DNA of 64,000 bases. Origin: Eledone cirrhosa (lineage: Eukaryota). Made by a program: the position numbers and the translations under genes. Position 1 is the first letter of the stretch. Each line of letters begins with the position of its first letter. The DNA is taken from contig OZ024741.1 in NCBI GenBank assembly GCA_964016885.1, positions 101,866,001 to 101,930,000 on the forward strand. Direction: 5' to 3'. Positions 57,690 to 64,000 of the stretch are shown here, piece by piece. The notes below the pieces were generated by a model, which was not told the origin of the DNA, ran no database searches, and saw nothing but the letters and a program-made list of their open reading frames with translations.

Positions 57690-60240
57690 TACGTCATACC
57701 TTCGAAATTGAAATCTATCACCTGTGTCGTTTTCACCAAAGGCATATTTCAGCATCACTAAGAAGAATAGTGCGAAAAGAACTGGAGCCATAGCCCAGCC
57801 TTGTTTTGTGCCATATACAACATCAAATGAATTCGACAACTCCCCATAAGATAAAACAGCTGCTTTCATCCCCTCATGGAAAGAGACAATGATGTTAAGC
57901 ATTTTGCCAGGTATCCCAAGCTTCAAAACTTTCCAGAGGGCTTGCGGGATTATAGTGTTAAACACCTAGGTTTTTTCAGCAACTCGACGAAGAGAAAAGA
58001 TCATGTCGATTGTGCCACGGCCTGAATGGAAGCCCCATTAAGATTCAGGGTAAATATCGTCGACGATATATTTGATGATCCTATTGAGTATCAGCCTGGT
58101 CAGGATTTTACCTGCAATTGACAGAATTGATATCCAGCGATGGTTATCACATATACACTCCTATTCTCTTTGTTCTTGATGGACGTGTTCTTGTAATCCT
58201 GAGGAACACAATCGGCCCTCAAAATAGATTTGAAGAGCTCATGTAGTTTTATAACCAGCTTTTGACCACAATACTTTTATATCTCTGGTGGAATAGCATC
58301 CCTGCTAGGTGCTTTAACGCAGGGAATTTGTTTTATGGTGTCTTTCATTTCCTGTAGTGTTGATTCAATAGGCATTTCAAGTATTTCAGGATTTTGCAAA
58401 ATAGCATTATGACTTCGTATTTACTGACAGAGGTGGAGTTCAATAAAGTTTCAAATTGTTTTTTCCATCTATTCAAAATGTCCAACTTATCTGTCAGAAG
58501 TGTCTGCCCATCGGATGAGAGAACCGGCGAGACACCACTCTCTTGAGGGCCATACACCTTCCTCTGACCATCGTAAAAGGCCTTAGAGTCCTTCCTATCT
58601 GCAGTTTGTTGGAGTCAGTAACCTTTGCAGATCACCAAACTCCTTTCATTTTCCTGCGAGCAATTTGAACCTGAATCTTGCATTTTTTTTGTATGGCTGT
58701 TGCTTATCAATTATCAATGTTTTGTGGGAGCTGTCTATTTGTTGGATTAACATCTGGACCTTGATGTTGTTATCATCAAACATATCCTGTTGCTTCCGAA
58801 GTTCTAGAGATGCAGCGTGTGTAGCATCCAAGATGATTCAATGTAGTCAGTGAACTTAACAGAGTCGAGAGCTGTACCCAGTTTGTTGCGGAGCTCGGTT
58901 TGTTTCTCATGGGTTTTCAAAGGTTGAGTATTAATGCCGATGGCTTTTGGAGTCTCCTTGTGGGTAAGACAAAATGAACCTTCCGACGAAGGAGAACATG
59001 ATCTGAAAGCAGGTGTTCTGTGGAAGGCGCGTGTGATGTCCATATTCCTCGAATCTCGTTTTTTTTGTGATAACAAAGTCTATGAGGTGTCAATTCTTGA
59101 ATCGAGGATGCATCCACGATGTCTTGCGGTTGTTTGGTTGTTGAACAATAGTGTTGGTGATGGTTAAATTGAATTCTTTACAGATGGAAAGAAGGCGGAG
59201 ACCGTTTGAGGTCATTCGACCGACCCCATGATGACCTAGTACTCCCTGCTAGGACTGATCGTTTGTACCTATTTATGCATTGAAATCCCACATAAGAATG
59301 TTGAATATTAGAAATGGCATTGTGGAGTTGGTCATAGAAGTTGTCTGTTTCCTGCTCAGAACTGGCCATGGCTGGAACATAGCAACTGACTAAGGTAGCA
59401 CTAGTATTGTGTTTGAGATTAAATGCCAGTGTGGTGATGCGGTCTGATGCACATATGGGTTGAGTAGAAAGGGATCTGGGAATTTTGATCTTATAGTGAA
59501 GTCAACAACTAACTGGCGTGGCTCATTCTCACTTTTCCCAGAGAAGAAAAACTTTCACTTCCTCTAATCGTGATGAACATGCAAGGCGTGTTTCGCTGAG
59601 TGCAGCTATGTCAATAATATGTTTCCGTAGTGCAAGGGAGACCAATGGCGTCATGCGTTCTCGTGGAGAGTCACCGTCTTGGAGTGTGCGTATATTCCAA
59701 GAACCAAAATATTGTTTGTTAATTTTAAATTGCTTCCTATTCTTACAGCATGTACTGGATAACCAGACAACTGCAGCAGGCTGCAATGTTAGAAATGCGA
59801 GCAAGCAATATTTAGGGCTCTTTTTATCAACCCCTTCCCTGATTTGGGAAAGCAGTGCTGTGTATATGTAGACCTGCTTTGTCACCGCTGAAGGACACGA
59901 ACGGCCATCACGCAGTGGTCGCCACTCTGTAGAGCTCAAGTTAGAGACTTCCAGTAATATCCCTTATCTGTCTCCGTCACTTCCACTCTCTCATTAGAGG
60001 ACTTTGTTGCAAATAGGTGAAGTTGTGTGGAACAAACGGTTGGTTTTTTTAAAGTGGTGAAGTCTTGCTTAGAACCATCCACACTTTTTGGAACTGTTGA
60101 TAGAACAGAATTGATGCAATTGTTTGCTGTAAAGACTTTGAACACCAGATCTCATGTCTTATTTATCATAGAGGTTGCCCTTCCAGTTTTACTGCCCTCT
60201 TGGCTGCAGTAGCACAGCTCTCAGCGGACCGCAAGCAAGG
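57690..60240 (-). mobile_element. Decayed RTE/BovB-like LINE, 5' two-thirds (5' UTR, AP endonuclease, RT N-half)
   Basis: GSWNIRTL..DIAALSETRL, WMHPR..HLIDFV, SDH, KAPSRDAIPPE, GFHSGRGTIDMIF, GTKQGWAMAPVLF. Confidence 0.88.
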
Positions 60241-60336
60241 TACATACATACATACATACATATACATATACATATGAATACGTTTACTTACGCATACACA
60301 CATACATACACATATACATAACTACACAATATGTAG

Positions 60337-61130
<794 letters not shown>

Positions 61131-61133
<3 letters not shown>

Positions 61134-61228
61134 GGTATTCCAAACATGTATAAACACTTCGACAGCATTCTAATAAATATTGCCTGTACAGGTAATCAAA
61201 GTGTGAATAATTTTTTGGGAACACCCTG
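61131..61228. mobile_element. Tc1/mariner-type mini-MITE
   Basis: TA-CAGGGTATTCCAAA ... TTTGGGAACACCCTG-TA. Confidence 0.7.
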
Positions 61229-61339
61229 TATATATATATATATATATTTAAATGTTAAACAAGGTTCAATGAATAAATCAAATAATGAGTTTTACAATAG
61301 ATTGGAAGCACTCAACAGAATGGTTTTCCAGAGTTATTA

Positions 61340-63520
61340 AGATTAATTCAAAATATTAACAAAATAAAAATTCTTGTGATCAAGTATATTTTATTATACA
61401 TATTTCAGAGGTACTGAGTTAACTTCAACGGTACGTCCGCATCAGATAAAATAAGATGATGCATGACTTACCCTAATATAGTAGATGGTTAAGATTCAGT
61501 CAAATACGCACAGATTATATTGTCTAAAGACTTAAGATGATACCTCTCAAATAGACATAACATAATATAATACAATAAATAAGTTACTGAAAATATTGTT
61601 AAAATTAATGTTTTAGATCAATTATTGTAATAGGATCATTTAATAGATATATATACTATAAATATACAAGTCAAAACTTCATGAGTCCTAAGGATAAGGA
61701 CTAGATGCAAAATAAAAAGTGAAAAAAGTAAAAATAATGAATTGTTTGCAATCATAAAAGTGCTGCTCAATATTAAAAAATATAGTTTAAAATGCAAGAG
61801 GGTTTTTTCTTAAATTTATATAGTAGACAAACAACACTTCTAAAATGTCCACAAAGATTATAGAAAGAGGAGCTAAGGATTTGAATGACCCGAAGGTAAC
61901 CCGAATTTAATTAAAATAAATTAAATGAAATTAAGTAATAATTGTTATATAATTTAGAACATTAAGGAAATATCTAACAATTATAACAATAGAGAGTCAT
62001 TTGAGTATCCAAATTACTTATAAATGTAACCAGGAGCATATTATTATACTAGATAAACAAATTTGTTCAAATATATAGAGAGAGTGTTATAGGTATTAGT
62101 GAAACATATAATAAATAAATAATTACAATCATTATTAGTAATGTTATAATTGTAGTTTTACCTCCAGTTCAGTGGAAAGAAAGACCAATATTTGTCGACT
62201 AGTATGATTTGTGACATTTATACCTAAATATATATAAAAAATATATATGTACAAATCTAACTTTCTGAATCTTAAAACATACCCTAAATGAGTAAAATAT
62301 ATAAATGCATGAATGATTTACGGTTCAATTATAACCGGTAATCTTACAAGTTATATATCCAAATTATATATTTAAAACAAAGACAAATATATAAGGATCC
62401 CAATCTAACTTATATATATCTAAAATAATCCAAAGGTGTGCATATTCATCAAGAGAACAAGTTAATAAATAATATGTTTATATACTTAAACAGGACCCTT
62501 CAGTCTAACATTAATTCTATCATAAATGAATAGAAAATAAAACATTATTAAAGTTTTATAATCTGTTATAACGTTTTAGGTACAACAGTTGATAAGAGAC
62601 GTCAAAAATTAAAACCTGCTTATTTAGTGTTTTTTCCTGACTTTTTGCGAGGCTTGGAATGTAGACAAAGCTTTATGAAGGCAGTTTGAGAATAATTCAC
62701 TTTTTTTGTTAATTAAGTTTTCATAATTAGTAATTATTAATAGGATCTCCATAGTACAGAGGTTGCAGTTAGGTGATATTGACGAATTCGAGTAGAATCT
62801 ACTATTTCATATTTCGTCCAAAAAATCGAGTATTTAAAAATTTTTGTCTTTTAATGATCATATAAGTTGTGATAAAGAAGTCGAAGACTTCTTATTAGGA
62901 TTCGAAAAAGAGCATTTGTGATTCCCCAATCTCGATTTAAATGTCGAAGAAGTTGCCCCTATGTAGTTGTATGTGATGTTATTTGCTTTTACGGTGCATT
63001 TATACACCAGATTTCTATCCAGACAATTATTTTGCAGAGGGCAATCTGGTTTATTTCTACAATTACATTTCGATTTATTATTATTATAATTTATATTAAC
63101 ACTATTATTACTTCGAAATGTTCTACTGATAGTGCTTATATTGTTGTTAATGTTATTCGTAGTATCAATATTGTTAGTGTTATTATATTCATTATTGTTA
63201 AAAGTATGCTGATTCTGGTATAGAATTCTACTATTTAGTTTAGCGATGTTTTGGGCCATATTCATAGTGGTAGAATAAGAAAGCTTAATTGTGTGTCTAT
63301 TAAATATGGAACGGTATTTATGTTGAATAGGGAAGGAATTATCTAAAGCTTTAAAGAATAGATTAGCTAGTGGTGTTTTTATTGCTACAGAAGCAAGGGA
63401 GTGGGGGAAAACCATATAACTGATTTAGTTCTGTTTTTTTCCCCCGATTTATTCACAGTACAGGTGTTTGAATTATAATTTTAGAATTTAGTTTATACAT
63501 GCCAGTTATATTATTTATTT
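61340..63520 (-). mobile_element. PLE E: Naiad-type 3' fragment (GIY-YIG, long AT-rich UTR, ribozyme)
   Basis: HKYRSIFNRHTIKLSYS, CNCRNKPDC, NLVYKC..NYIGAT, CNLCTME; hammerhead-like motif 61387-61453. Confidence 0.85.
61387..61453 (-). ncRNA. Hammerhead-like motif (core CTGATGC, possibly decayed)
   Basis: tattttat-CTGATGC-ggacgtac...gtacctct-GAAA-tatgta-TA-ataaaata; 8-bp stem I. Confidence 0.6.
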
Positions 63521-63992
63521 TTATCAACTAAATAGGGTTAAGAAAAATATAATTGAATTCTTTAAAATTACGACCTTAAATTAGAGGTTGAAAGTGGTAG
63601 GTACCAAAATAGTTAATTTCCTTGATGTACCCTTAACTTAAACTCTGCTTTTATTACCCTTTCCATAAGCCCAATGAAAACTTGAATTACGTTAGTTATT
63701 ACTCTAATCACCGCTAAATCTGTAAAAATTGCAATTGTACCGCATAACTAGAATATCTGCTAATAAATCCATATTTGATGAAAAAGCAGGATATTACAAT
63801 GATGCGCTAAGAAAGGCAGGTTATAAAAATAATATAGGAATATATAGACAATAATAATTTGAATCTTAATCCTGATAAAAATAATAATATGACTGGTATG
63901 TATAAAAGAAATTCTAAAATTATAATTCAAACACATGTACTGTGAATAAATCGGGGAAAAAACCCAGAACCAAATCAGTTATATGGTTTGCC
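63521..63992 (+). mobile_element. PLE E sense fragment (RT C-terminus) head-to-head with the minus copy
   Basis: NFLDV, PFHKPNENLNYV..SNH, AGYYNDALRKAGY, KSVIWF; 63910-63988 is the reverse complement of 63411-63489. Confidence 0.85.
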
Positions 63993-64000
63993 ATATATTT

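Overview
AT-rich, microsatellite-saturated animal DNA; the SINE and LINE families suggest a cephalopod (Octopus-like), which is an inference. I found no credible host protein-coding gene, and most ORFs in the track are translations of (TA)n, (CA)n or (TATG)n repeats. The window is dominated by Penelope-like retroelements (PLEs) of Naiad type (RT + CxCx5C + GIY-YIG) inserted into (TA)n tracts. One has an intact 773-aa ORF (15179-17500) with pseudo-LTRs and a near-identical inverted upstream copy; at least five others are truncated or decayed. Also present: RTE-clade LINEs (one family with a PHD-like finger), R4/Dong-like RLE LINE remnants, about 11 copies of one tRNA-derived SINE, a Helitron-like end, MITE-like hairpins and a 25-bp minisatellite. 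The most striking signal is a set of about 13 distinct hammerhead-ribozyme motifs, folded by eye, in PLE termini. Several have a ~55-90 nt rod-like stem II or non-canonical cores (U3-A8, C4). In two fold-back remnants, one arm lacks the ribozyme up to the predicted cleavage triplet. One Naiad copy has a TGA at a conserved Cys position (possible selenocysteine).
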